NCBI GenBank assembly: GCA_020725385.1 | Contig: DYFC01000001.1 | Span: forward strand, 1 to 27,014 | DNA: 27,014 nucleotides | Direction: 5' to 3' | DNA from: Nitrospira japonica | GTDB lineage: Bacteria > Nitrospirota > Thermodesulfovibrionia > Thermodesulfovibrionales > SM23-35 | Shown here: positions 1-9,180 of the stretch, piece after piece | How the letters are laid out: each line of letters opens with the position of its first letter | Position numbering within the stretch: the first letter of the stretch is position 1 | Notes under the pieces: model-generated | Database searches by the model: none | Told to the model about the DNA's origin: nothing | The model's input: only the letters and a program-made list of their open reading frames with translations | Position numbers and translations under genes: made by a program

Positions 1-7
1 CAAAGTA

Positions 8-673
8 ATGCACGATGCACAGCCGGTGATAAAGGATGTCAGGGAGCGTTTTGAGAGAGAAGAGACAATAGAATTATTAAAGAAGGTTGGAGATAATATC
101 CCGTTCTTCCTTAGTATGATGGATATGCTGAATGTTGCCAAAGGCATGATGAAAGACATGATGCCTGTAGTTGGTAAAATTTCTCATGATGTTGTTCCTA
201 CCATTAATATGTTACGTGAGAAATTTGAGAATGAGGAAACTCTCACGATGATTGAGAAACTCGGAGATGATGTTCCAGTCCTTATACTTTTGCTGGAACT
301 GTTAGGCAAACCTGAGATGACAGCACTTCTCATAAGGGTGAATGAAAATCTTAAACTTTTGCAAAAGGTATCCGAGTTGCTTCCTGTATTTGATAATCTA
401 ATGGGATTTCTCCAGCAATTGAATCAGAATGGCACGCTAAATACTATAACAAACATGTTATTGAATAAGGATGTTGCAGCATTAGTGAAAGGTGTAGATA
501 AGTGCCTTGAGACTACAATGGCTGATATAAAAGCAAGTCCAGTTAAACCAGGTATAAAAACGATTATTTCTGCAATAATGAATTCTGAAGTGCAAAAAAC
601 ACTAATCATACTTACAAAATTTGCCAAATATTTTCCAAGAAGTTTTGAACAAGCAATGCAGGAGACTAAATAG
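8..673 (+). CDS. DUF1641-like helical protein, probably 5'-truncated by the window edge
   Basis: Frame is open to the window start. Amphipathic helical sequence with an internal repeat (PVIKDVRERFEREETIELLKKVGDNIP / PTINMLREKFENEETLTMIEKLGDDVP). The C-terminal KPGIKTIISAIMNSEVQKTL resembles the DUF1641 motif. Confidence 0.55.
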   Translation: MHDAQPVIKDVRERFEREETIELLKKVGDNIPFFLSMMDMLNVAKGMMKDMMPVVGKISHDVVPTINMLREKFENEETLTMIEKLGDDVPVLILLLELLGKPEMTALLIRVNENLKLLQKVSELLPVFDNLMGFLQQLNQNGTLNTITNMLLNKDVAALVKGVDKCLETTMADIKASPVKPGIKTIISAIMNSEVQKTLIILTKFAKYFPRSFEQAMQETK

Positions 674-686
674 TTTTATATGTGAT

Positions 687-708
687 GCCCTGCTTTAAAA
701 GGCAGGGC
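687..708. terminator. Intrinsic terminator hairpin between convergent genes
   Basis: GCCCTGC-TTTAAAAG-GCAGGGC followed by TTATTTTTTT on the + strand. Confidence 0.75.
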
Positions 709-1143
709 TTATTTTTTTATAGTTCTCGAAAGAAAAACGATACAATCCTTACAGGTTAAATTATTATTTCTTTGACATCTCATTTGATTCAATTCCCAAC
801 AAGGCTTGAGTCTATCTAAATAACCTGAACATGAATTTCTTTTTTCCTTGGTACAGTCTGTCATTTCCCAGCAGGGTAAATAATTAAGAAGTTTTTTAAT
901 TCCCTCGATACTTATTTTTTTCTTATGTAATAATTCTCTTAAACATTGTAACCAGCGAATATCATTTTCAGAATAAAATCTATTTTTGTTTCTTCTTGCT
1001 GGTTTTATTAAGTTATGCTTTTCATAAAGCCTTAAAGTTTGTTTTGTTGTGCCAATAAGTTCTGCAACAATACCAATAGGATATAAAGGCATATCTTTTT
1101 TGTCTTTCCAAAAATTTTTTTTACTTATTTTTGCCTGTTTCAT
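709..1143 (-). CDS. MerR-family (HspR-like) regulator with a Cys-rich C-terminal CW domain
   Basis: HTH YPIGIVAELIGTTKQTLRLYEKHNLIKPARRNKNRFYSENDI; tail CWEMTDC..CSGY..PCWE..C..CKDC. Confidence 0.85.
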   Translation of the reverse strand: MKQAKISKKNFWKDKKDMPLYPIGIVAELIGTTKQTLRLYEKHNLIKPARRNKNRFYSENDIRWLQCLRELLHKKKISIEGIKKLLNYLPCWEMTDCTKEKRNSCSGYLDRLKPCWELNQMRCQRNNNLTCKDCIVFLSRTIKK

Positions 1144-1599
1144 TTATAAAAATTTTTTTAGGTGAAAATTAATTTTCTTATTGCTTTTTTTTAAATGATA
1201 GCATAAAATCACTTACATAAAAATTTAAATTGTAATTAATATTATAACTAAAATTTTAGAAAAAATAGTATGAAAATTTGATAATTATTTTCTGAGATTA
1301 ATTAATTAAAATTTTAAATAATTTATCTTCTATATCACATTAAATGCTTTTATAAAAATAAATGAAAAAAGAAGCTCAATGTGGTTGAAAAATATGTGTT
1401 AAAAAAAGGAGGAAAAAATAATAACAACGAAAATAATACTTAAAAAACAAGTAGTTTCAATATTATTAAAATTATTAATAATTATTGTTATACTAATAAA
1501 AAAGTATGAGAAAATATATAAATAATTAATTTAAAAAAAACAAAAATAAAATATTAATAATATTAAAATTATAAAATCATAATACATATAAAATAATAC

Positions 1600-1629
1600 T
1601 TGACATAAAATAAAATTGTATATACAATT
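1600..1629 (+). promoter_or_regulatory. Sigma70-type promoter of the tmc/hmc operon with a palindromic operator over the -10
   Basis: TTGACA (1600-1605), 17 nt, TACAAT (1623-1628). Perfect palindrome AATTGTATATACAATT at 1614-1629. Confidence 0.7.
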
Positions 1630-1683
1630 AATCTAAATTTTGAAAGTTTAAAATAATGCAAAGGAGGTCCCATAAAATCATCA

Positions 1684-2940
1684 ATGGCTGAAATAAATAA
1701 CTGGGATTGGGATACAAAAGAAAAATATATCGCCGATATCAATGAATGGAAGAAAAAATTTAAAGCAGTTCGTGAAATTTCCATAAGTGATGACGGTGAA
1801 AGAATAGCTGCCGTTGTTGAAAATAATGATGGTAGATTTACAATATGTAATAACGGCGGAGTATGGGAGGAAACCTTCGAAAGATTATGGAAACTTAAAT
1901 TCAATAACGAAAATCAACTTTATTCGCTTGCTTATAGAGATTATGAGTGGGGAGTTGGTATAGATAATGGAATGTGGGAGGAAAAATTTGATTCTATCTG
2001 GAATCTTACTTTAACACCTGATGGAAAAGGAGCTGTTGCGAACTGTAAGAAAGATGGAACTTATGGAGTTGTACTTAATGGGAATGTTTGGGAAAACAGG
2101 TTTGCTGATGCAAGAAATCTTGCTATAAGTCCTGATGGTACTAAGACAGCATCAAATGTTCAAACAAAATCTATTAAGGTTGCAGATATTTTTGCTTTTG
2201 CTGAAGGAATATATTCAATTGCAATTGATGGTAATCCTTGGGATAGAAATTTCATGAGTATATGGAGTTTTACTTTTAGTTCTGATAGTACTAAAGTAGC
2301 TGCAGAAGTAATGCTTGACGTAGGAGCTTTTACAATAGCCGTTGATGGGAAACCATGGGACCAAGTATTTGGGTGTGTGTGGGAACCTATTTTTAAGCCA
2401 GGTACTCATGATGTTGTTGCACCAGTAAAGCGAGGCGCAACATGGACACTGGCAATGAATGGGAAGCCCATATGGGGGGAATTTTTCCAAATCTGGGGAC
2501 AGAAATATAGTCCTGATGGACAAAAACTTGCTGCAACAGTTGCAACAGAGTTTACCAAATGGACAATAGCAGTTGAAAGTAATGCTTGGAGCAGGACATG
2601 GAATGAAACAGTGCTTGCCCCTCATTTCAGTCCTGATAGCAGAAGAGTTGCTGCAATAGTTAAGGAAGATAATCGCTGGACAATAGCAGTTGATGGGATA
2701 CCATGGATTGAAACTTTTGATATGATTTGGGACCCTGTTTTTAGTCCAAATGGCGATAAGGTAATAGCAAAGGCTGAGAAAAATAAAAAATATTATATAG
2801 TTGTTGATGGGAAAATAGGTAAAAATGGTTACGATGCTCTTTGGGACCCTGTTTTCGGTCCTGATGGTAAAAAGGTTCTTATTAAATGTATTGAAAATGG
2901 TAAATATTATCGTCGTATTGTTCCTGTAAATGAAATTTAA
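1684..2940 (+). CDS. tmcD: TmcD-like Trp-rich beta-propeller (WD40/PD40-type repeat) subunit of the Tmc complex
   Basis: 418 aa with repeated W-x-P-x-FSPDG / W-TIAVDG-x-PW units, directly upstream of tmcC- and tmcB-like genes. Confidence 0.8.
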   Translation: MAEINNWDWDTKEKYIADINEWKKKFKAVREISISDDGERIAAVVENNDGRFTICNNGGVWEETFERLWKLKFNNENQLYSLAYRDYEWGVGIDNGMWEEKFDSIWNLTLTPDGKGAVANCKKDGTYGVVLNGNVWENRFADARNLAISPDGTKTASNVQTKSIKVADIFAFAEGIYSIAIDGNPWDRNFMSIWSFTFSSDSTKVAAEVMLDVGAFTIAVDGKPWDQVFGCVWEPIFKPGTHDVVAPVKRGATWTLAMNGKPIWGEFFQIWGQKYSPDGQKLAATVATEFTKWTIAVESNAWSRTWNETVLAPHFSPDSRRVAAIVKEDNRWTIAVDGIPWIETFDMIWDPVFSPNGDKVIAKAEKNKKYYIVVDGKIGKNGYDALWDPVFGPDGKKVLIKCIENGKYYRRIVPVNEI

Positions 2941-2956
2941 GAATGGGAGTTAAAAT

Positions 2957-3631
2957 ATGATTGATTTTATAAAAGACCCTTCATTTTATAATCTCGTTAG
3001 AGGACCGTTAGTATGGATAGCCTTTATATGCTTCATTGGAGGAAGTATTTATAAGATAAGGCAAATCATTATTCTTGCTAAGAAAGAAAAGGTAATCTTG
3101 CCATTTCTCGATCTTAAGGCTAGTATTCGTTCACTTATTCATTGGATATTGCCATTTGGCAGTACGAACTGGAGAAAGAGATGGGTAATGACATTTATGA
3201 CTTTTATTTTTCACATATGTTTGGTTTTTACTCCGATCTTTTTACTTTCTCATAATGTGTTGTGGAATGAATCATGGGGGATAACATGGTGGACATTACC
3301 AGAAACCTTAGCTGACATAATGACTATCGCAGTTATAGTAACCTCTTTATTTTTCCTATTCAGAAGGCTTTTTGCCCCAGAAGTAAGATTTGTTACTTTT
3401 TCATCTGATTATCTGATTCTTTTTATCGCTCTAATGCCTTTTTTGACAGGATTTTTTGCATATCATCAACTGCTATTACCTTATAAAGCTATGGTAATTT
3501 TCCATATGATTTTTGGTTGTATAATGTTAATCGCAATTCCTTTTACACGTTTAGCTCATATGTTCTATTTTTTCCTTACAAGAGCATATTTAGGTTCAGA
3601 GGTTGCATTCAGAAAAGGTACAGATTGGTAG
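2957..3631 (+). CDS. tmcC: TmcC/HmcE-family membrane cytochrome b (NarI-like)
   Basis: About five hydrophobic segments. His motifs FIFHICL, LSHN, IFHM and IPFTRLAHMF are typical of NarI/DsrM/TmcC. Confidence 0.8.
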   Translation: MIDFIKDPSFYNLVRGPLVWIAFICFIGGSIYKIRQIIILAKKEKVILPFLDLKASIRSLIHWILPFGSTNWRKRWVMTFMTFIFHICLVFTPIFLLSHNVLWNESWGITWWTLPETLADIMTIAVIVTSLFFLFRRLFAPEVRFVTFSSDYLILFIALMPFLTGFFAYHQLLLPYKAMVIFHMIFGCIMLIAIPFTRLAHMFYFFLTRAYLGSEVAFRKGTDW

Positions 3632-3665
3632 CATTTAATTACATTAATACGTAGGAGGATTTTTG

Positions 3666-4982
3666 ATGCTTAAGTATGAGAGGAAGGAAATTGCAGACCT
3701 CGGCATTGATGAATCAGTAAAAAGATTAACGCCTGAAAAGATAACAAAAACTATTAATAATGTTCTTAAAGGTACAGGTGCAAGACTTAAAGCATATCTC
3801 GATACATGTATACATTGTGGACTATGCGCAGAAGCCTGTCACTATTATCTTTCACATGGTAAAAATCCAACATATTCTCCTGTTGCCAAAGTTAAGCTAA
3901 CTTTGTGGGAAATGGTAAAGAACAAAGGGAATGTCAGCCCTGATTTTATAGCTCAATGTTCAAGGATTGCATATACTGAATGTAACCGATGCCGTAGATG
4001 CAGTCTTTATTGTCCTTATGGTATTGATATATGGTATTTAATTGCATTAGTTCGACGTATTTGCCTTCTTTTAAAAGTTGTTCCACAGTATGAAATGGAT
4101 ACTAATTATAGTCATGCTGCTACTTTAAACATGATGTGGCTTAAACAAGATGATTGGATAGATACAGTTCAATGGCAGGAAGAAGAAGTCAGAATGGAAT
4201 ATAAGACTGCGAGGATTCCATTTGATAAAGAAGGCGCAGAAGTAATGTATACTCCAATAGCTCCTGAACCTAAATTCAAACCACAACTTCTCGCTGCAAC
4301 CGCTAAAATTATGCATGCTGCTGGTGTTGATTGGACAATGCCATCATTTGATGGGTGGGATAATAGTGACATTTCAATGCATGTTGCTGATTTTGAGACA
4401 ATGTCAAGGGTTGAAAGGAAACATTTTGAAGCTGCATTTAAATTAAAAGTCAAGCGAATTGTGATGTGTGAGTGAGGGCATGCATTTAATGCCGCGAGTT
4501 ACGTGGCTCCCCAATGGTTAGGATGGAAACAAGCACCAATTGAGTATATACACGCTACAAAATTTTATTATGAACTTATACGGGATGGCAGACTCAAAAT
4601 AATAAGAAAGATAAAAGAGCCTGTTACTTATCAAGAACCTTGTAATATAGTAAGGAATGCTGGCTACAAAGAAATTTTACAGTATATATTTCATGCGATA
4701 TGTGAAAATGTGATTGATCCACATCCAAATGGAATGCACAATTACTGTTGTATTGCTGGTGGTGGAGTAATAAACTGTGGCCCACCATGGAAAATGGTCA
4801 GAATGGAAGGAAATAGAGCAAAAGCAGAACAACTCAGAGAAACAGGCGCCCATATTGTTATTACTCCATGTCACAATTGTCACAGTGGAATTGAGGATCT
4901 TATAAAACATTACAAATTGGATATGCATGCTGTTTTTTATTCAGATTTACTTTTACAATGTATCGAGTTACCGAAAGAATAG
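3666..4982 (+). CDS. tmcB: TmcB/HmcF-family cytoplasmic Fe-S (CCG-domain, HdrD/DsrK-like) protein; predicted selenoprotein with in-frame TGA at 4473-4475
   Basis: ORFs 3663..4475 and 4503..4982 are in the same frame; read-through gives IVMCE-U-GHAFNAASYVAPQW (438 aa from ATG 3666, RBS GGAGG at 3654-3658). Motifs CIHCGLCAEAC, CNRCRRCSLYCP, YQEPCN, NYCC, PCHNC. Confidence 0.85.
4476..4513 (+). promoter_or_regulatory. Putative bacterial SECIS element
   Basis: Stem GCCGCG (4491-4496) / CGTGGC (4502-4507) with loop AGUUA starting 21 nt after the UGA. Possible lower pairing of GGG (4476-4478) with the CCCC run (4509-4512). Confidence 0.7.
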
Positions 4983-5016
4983 AATTATACAAAAATAAAT
5001 CGGGAAGGGATAAGAA

Positions 5017-6708
5017 ATGAATAGAAAATTAATTTACTTTTTAGTGAGTATAGCTTATCTCATTTTAATTGCGATCGGTTTGTACGGTGTGTATACTGTT
5101 GAAGCTACACTTCATGTTAAGGAAACTCCTGTTGCCGAACCTCAAAACAAAATTTCAATCGCTCACACTGAAATTTTTGGAAAACTTGAACGTCCTCAAG
5201 TTATTTTTGATCACGGCAAACATGTCGAGGCTATGAAAGCCGAGGGATGTGCTGCATGCCATCCGGTTAAGAAAGATAATGTCATTTCATTTGACTTTCC
5301 CAAAAAAGTTAAGGGTAAAAGCAAAACAGATGCAATGAACGCTTTCCATGATGAATGCATTGAATGCCATAAGAAACAAAGTAGCGAAAATAAAAAATCA
5401 GGGCCTGTTACCTGCGCCGATTGTCATAATAAAAAGAACGATAAGATCAAAATCAAATATCCTATTGCAGAATTTGATTTTTCCTATCATGATAAACATG
5501 TAAGAAAGCTAAAGGAAAAAATAGGCAAGGATGACTGTGGACAATGTCATCACTTCTACAGCTTGGAAGAGAAAAAATTAGTTTATAAAGAAGGTACCGA
5601 AGAATCCTGTTATTATTGCCATGATCTTAACAAAAAGAGAGGTCCCGAGCTGACTGCTATAACGAAAGTATCTGCAGAAAAAGGACTTACAATAAAGAAT
5701 GCATCACATCAGCAATGCTTAAACTGTCATTTGAAATATCAGAAACAGGGTGATAAAGAGACAGGACCAACTGAATGTATCAAGTGCCATACAGGGAAAT
5801 ATAAAACTGTTGAAGAGCTTTCAAAGGTTTCCAGACCGGACAGGAAACAAAAGGACAGAATATTTATATCCGTTGAAAATTCAAAAATGAAAGGCGTTCC
5901 TTTTGATCATAAAAATCATGAAATGACTTCCAAAACCTGTCGTTCATGTCATCATGAAACTTTAAAAGCGTGCAAAGAATGCCACACACTCACAGGCAAG
6001 CCTGAGGGCAATGGAATTAATCTTGCTAATGCATATCATCAGGTATTTTCAGAGCATAGCTGTACAGGATGTCATAATAAAAATAAGCAGACAAAAGAGT
6101 GTGCGGGCTGTCATTATGCAATTCCCGTAATGGATGTAGATTCACTTAATCCTAAAAAAGATACCTGTAATACTTGCCATAGCGGACAGAAAGAAAAATA
6201 TTCTGCTGCACCTATTCCAATGAGTTCGGTTGAAAAAGTAAAGAAAGAGATTGAGATAAAAGTTCTCGAGAACGAATATGAACCTTCAAAATTCCCTCAT
6301 CTTGAGGTAATTAAGAAACTCGTAAAAATATCCAATGATAACAAAATGGCTACTTATTTCCATAGAAATGCTAAAACACTTTGCGAAGGCTGTCATCATA
6401 GAAGTAATATAAGCGCAGAGGCCCAGCAGGATACACCGCCAAACTGCAAAAATTGCCACATGGTCGCCTACGACAGAAAAAATCCTAATAAAACAAGACT
6501 GCTCTCAGCATATCACAGACAGTGCGTAGGATGTCATGATCAAATGCAGATAAAGAAGGGAAGCAGTTTTAATTTCGAGGAAGGCGATAGATGCGGGGCA
6601 TGCCACAAGAAGAAAGTTGGCGGACCGGCAGAAATAATTACTATGAAAAATGACCGTGTTGTAAAACAGAATACGACAAATATTATTAATGTCTGGCACC
6701 CTGAATAA
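5017..6708 (+). CDS. hmcA: High-molecular-weight 16-heme cytochrome c (HmcA)
   Basis: 16 CxxCH motifs counted, cytochrome c3-type FDH..H distal-ligand motifs, and an N-terminal hydrophobic signal/anchor. Confidence 0.92.
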   Translation: MNRKLIYFLVSIAYLILIAIGLYGVYTVEATLHVKETPVAEPQNKISIAHTEIFGKLERPQVIFDHGKHVEAMKAEGCAACHPVKKDNVISFDFPKKVKGKSKTDAMNAFHDECIECHKKQSSENKKSGPVTCADCHNKKNDKIKIKYPIAEFDFSYHDKHVRKLKEKIGKDDCGQCHHFYSLEEKKLVYKEGTEESCYYCHDLNKKRGPELTAITKVSAEKGLTIKNASHQQCLNCHLKYQKQGDKETGPTECIKCHTGKYKTVEELSKVSRPDRKQKDRIFISVENSKMKGVPFDHKNHEMTSKTCRSCHHETLKACKECHTLTGKPEGNGINLANAYHQVFSEHSCTGCHNKNKQTKECAGCHYAIPVMDVDSLNPKKDTCNTCHSGQKEKYSAAPIPMSSVEKVKKEIEIKVLENEYEPSKFPHLEVIKKLVKISNDNKMATYFHRNAKTLCEGCHHRSNISAEAQQDTPPNCKNCHMVAYDRKNPNKTRLLSAYHRQCVGCHDQMQIKKGSSFNFEEGDRCGACHKKKVGGPAEIITMKNDRVVKQNTTNIINVWHPE

Positions 6709-6757
6709 AGGTAAATTGGTTTAAGGAAAAAGGTTAATTAAATAGAGAGGAGCAAGG

Positions 6758-7672
6758 ATGGACAGAAGGAATTTTCTAAAAATATTTGGATCAGGCGTTG
6801 CTACAGCGGCAACAGGAAACCTTCTTAACCCGGCAAAAACTAACGCCAGTGAGGATAATCAGGCAACAGAATTTTATGGAATTCTGGTTGATACAACAAG
6901 ATGTATCGGATGCAGACGTTGTGAAAAAGCATGTGCTGAAGCTAATGGGCTTCCGGTTCCTGATATTGACGAATTAACAAACAAAAGTGTTCTTGAAAAG
7001 ATGAGAAGGACATCCGATACACAATATACAATAATTAACCGCTACGATACTGAAAAAGGCCCAATTTACGTGCCAAAGAGATGTATGCATTGCAATCAAC
7101 CCGGTTGTGCTGCTGCCTGTCTTGTTAAAGCCATGAGAAAACGTCCATCCGGACATGTTACATGGGATGCTAATTGCATTGGCTGCAGATTATGCATGGT
7201 TTCATGTCCTTTTGATATACCAAAATTCGAATATACTAAAGCAATGCCAAGAATACAAAAGTGCAATCTTTGTTATGACAGATATAAAAAAGGAGGCATC
7301 CCTGCCTGTGTGGAAGTCTGTCCAACACAGGTGCTTGTTTTTGGGACAAGAAGACAGATACTGGAAGAAGGAAAAAGAAGAATAGCCGCAGACCCGGATA
7401 AATATGTAAATCATATATATGGTGAATATGAAGTAGGTGGAACATCTCATTTATATCTATCATCTGTTCCTTTTGAACAAATTGGGTTTAGAAAAGATCT
7501 TGGAACAGTTCCTTATCCGGAATATAGTACGGGCTTTCTTTTTGCAGTTCCATTTATATTTGTGCTCTGGCCTATTGCAATGCTTGGAATTAACCGTGCT
7601 ACTAAAAAAGATGATGAAAGCGGGCACGGCGAAAACCATGAAAATAAAGAACATGAAAAAGGGAAACATTAG
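6758..7672 (+). CDS. hmcB: HmcB periplasmic 4Fe-4S protein (NrfC/HybA-like)
   Basis: Tat signal DRRNFLK, Fe-S motifs CIGCRRCEKAC, CMHCNQPGCAAAC, CIGCRLCMVSCP, KCNLC..PACVEVCP, and a C-terminal TM helix. Confidence 0.9.
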   Translation: MDRRNFLKIFGSGVATAATGNLLNPAKTNASEDNQATEFYGILVDTTRCIGCRRCEKACAEANGLPVPDIDELTNKSVLEKMRRTSDTQYTIINRYDTEKGPIYVPKRCMHCNQPGCAAACLVKAMRKRPSGHVTWDANCIGCRLCMVSCPFDIPKFEYTKAMPRIQKCNLCYDRYKKGGIPACVEVCPTQVLVFGTRRQILEEGKRRIAADPDKYVNHIYGEYEVGGTSHLYLSSVPFEQIGFRKDLGTVPYPEYSTGFLFAVPFIFVLWPIAMLGINRATKKDDESGHGENHENKEHEKGKH

Positions 7673-7693
7673 TAGAAAGGAAGAGGATAAAGC

Positions 7694-8962
7694 ATGGCAG
7701 GAGAAAAATTAGATACTGTAGCAATAGTTGAAGAAAAAGATGATAGCCCTAAAATAAAAAATCTTTCTGATTTCTGGACATTCCTTAAAAAAGAGTTAAA
7801 ACCAAGAGGGAATATTGCAACTCCATTCAACTTAATCTCACTTCCAATAATGATTCTTGGTTATATCTTTATTGTTTACAGACTTGCTGCGGGGCTTGGA
7901 AAACCAATTACAAATCTTAATCAGGATTTCCCCTGGGGGCTTTGGATAGGTTTCGATGTTGTTACAGGAGTTGCTTTTGCCGGTGGTGCATATGTTTTGT
8001 GCTTTGTTGTATATATTTTGCGTGCAGAAAAGTATCATGCCATTATAAGAGCAACGGTTCTTAATGGTTTTCTTGCTTATCTCTTTTATGCCGGCGCTAT
8101 TGTGCTTGATATTGGTCGTTGGTGGAACATATATAATCCAATGATTGGAAATTCATTTGGCGTAAATGCTGTTATGTTCCTTGTTGCATGGCATTTTTTC
8201 CTTTATATGCTTGCGGAACTTGTTGAATTCTCTCCAACCATTGCTGAATGGCTCGGGATGAAAAGACTAAGAAAAATTCTCGGTTCGCTTACATTGGGTG
8301 CAGTTGTATTTGGTATCTGTCTTTCGACACTCCATCAGTCAGGACTTGCAGCCCTTATGATAATGGCAAAGAATAAGATTCATCCTTTATGGTACACGGA
8401 ATTCATACCTATTCTTTATTTTGTTTCCAGTATTTTTGCAGGTCTTTCGATGGTTATATTTGAAGGTTCTATAAGCCACAAGGTTTTTGGCGACCAGATA
8501 GACGAGGCTCACCATAAACATTACGATGATATTCTTGTCGGACTGGCAAGAATATGTTCGGTGGCAATGTTTGGATATTTCTTCCTTAAAATAATACTAC
8601 TTGTTCATGAGCACGCAGTGCCTTATCTTAATTCACCCATGGGCTACTGGTTCTTACTTGAAATAATAGGATTTGTACTTGTGCCATGTTTTATGTTTGC
8701 TCACGGTGCGCAACAAAGAAATACATCAACAATAAAGTTTGCTGCTGTTATAACAATGATCGGGATTATAATTAATAGGTTGAATTACACATTTATAGCA
8801 TATAACTGGTATGTGCCTTTGAGTCAGAAATATTGGCCTGCTCCGATGGAGTTGATAATTACAGCATCTATTATTCTGACAGAAATCTGGGCATTCAGAT
8901 GGATAGTAAACAGAATGCCGGTATTAAAAGAACCACCTGCATGGGCAAGAAAACTTCATTAG
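7694..8962 (+). CDS. hmcC: HmcC integral membrane subunit (NrfD/HybB family)
   Basis: PWGLWIGFDVVTGVAFAGG, LSTLHQSGL and IHPLWY motifs with many TM helices. Confidence 0.9.
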   Translation: MAGEKLDTVAIVEEKDDSPKIKNLSDFWTFLKKELKPRGNIATPFNLISLPIMILGYIFIVYRLAAGLGKPITNLNQDFPWGLWIGFDVVTGVAFAGGAYVLCFVVYILRAEKYHAIIRATVLNGFLAYLFYAGAIVLDIGRWWNIYNPMIGNSFGVNAVMFLVAWHFFLYMLAELVEFSPTIAEWLGMKRLRKILGSLTLGAVVFGICLSTLHQSGLAALMIMAKNKIHPLWYTEFIPILYFVSSIFAGLSMVIFEGSISHKVFGDQIDEAHHKHYDDILVGLARICSVAMFGYFFLKIILLVHEHAVPYLNSPMGYWFLLEIIGFVLVPCFMFAHGAQQRNTSTIKFAAVITMIGIIINRLNYTFIAYNWYVPLSQKYWPAPMELIITASIILTEIWAFRWIVNRMPVLKEPPAWARKLH

Positions 8963-8988
8963 TGAAAATAAAAACGGAGGTTTAAATA

Positions 8989-9111
8989 ATGGAAGAACTC
9001 TTCACTTATACAGATATATTCGCAACAAAAGGAGTTGAATACCTTATTATTATTGCCTTTTTCATTCTTATAGTTGCATTCTGGGGTCTTGTCAATATGA
9101 GACCACAGTAA
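8989..9111 (+). CDS. hmcD: HmcD-like 40-aa single-TM protein (absent from the ORF track)
   Basis: RBS GGAGG at 8976-8980. Translation MEELFTYTDIFATKGVEYLIIIAFFILIVAFWGLVNMRPQ. Lies after hmcC and before the terminator. Confidence 0.75.
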   Translation: MEELFTYTDIFATKGVEYLIIIAFFILIVAFWGLVNMRPQ

Positions 9112-9144
9112 ATAAAATTTAATTAAAATTTACTAAATTAATTT

Positions 9145-9180
9145 AAAGCCGGTTTTGATAACTAAACCGGTTTTTATTTA
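9145..9180 (+). terminator. Intrinsic terminator of the tmc/hmc operon
   Basis: AAAGCCGGTTT..AAACCGGTTTT stem followed by a T-rich tail. Confidence 0.75.

Noticed and set aside
1362-1421. Mini-ORF MKKEAQCG-UGA-KICVKKRRKK as a selenopeptide
   Set aside because: No RBS, no downstream hairpin, and it lies in low-complexity AT-rich DNA.
4473-4475. Genome-wide UGA reassignment (code 4 or 25)
   Set aside because: Other long genes, including Trp-rich tmcD, are uninterrupted, and TGA acts as a normal stop at 22700-22702, overlapping the start of the next gene.
4503-4982. Independent 159-aa gene, or tmcB as a split pseudogene
   Set aside because: Same frame as the upstream ORF, no RBS, and the only lesion is a TGA at a conserved Cys followed by a SECIS-like hairpin; Sec recoding is more parsimonious.
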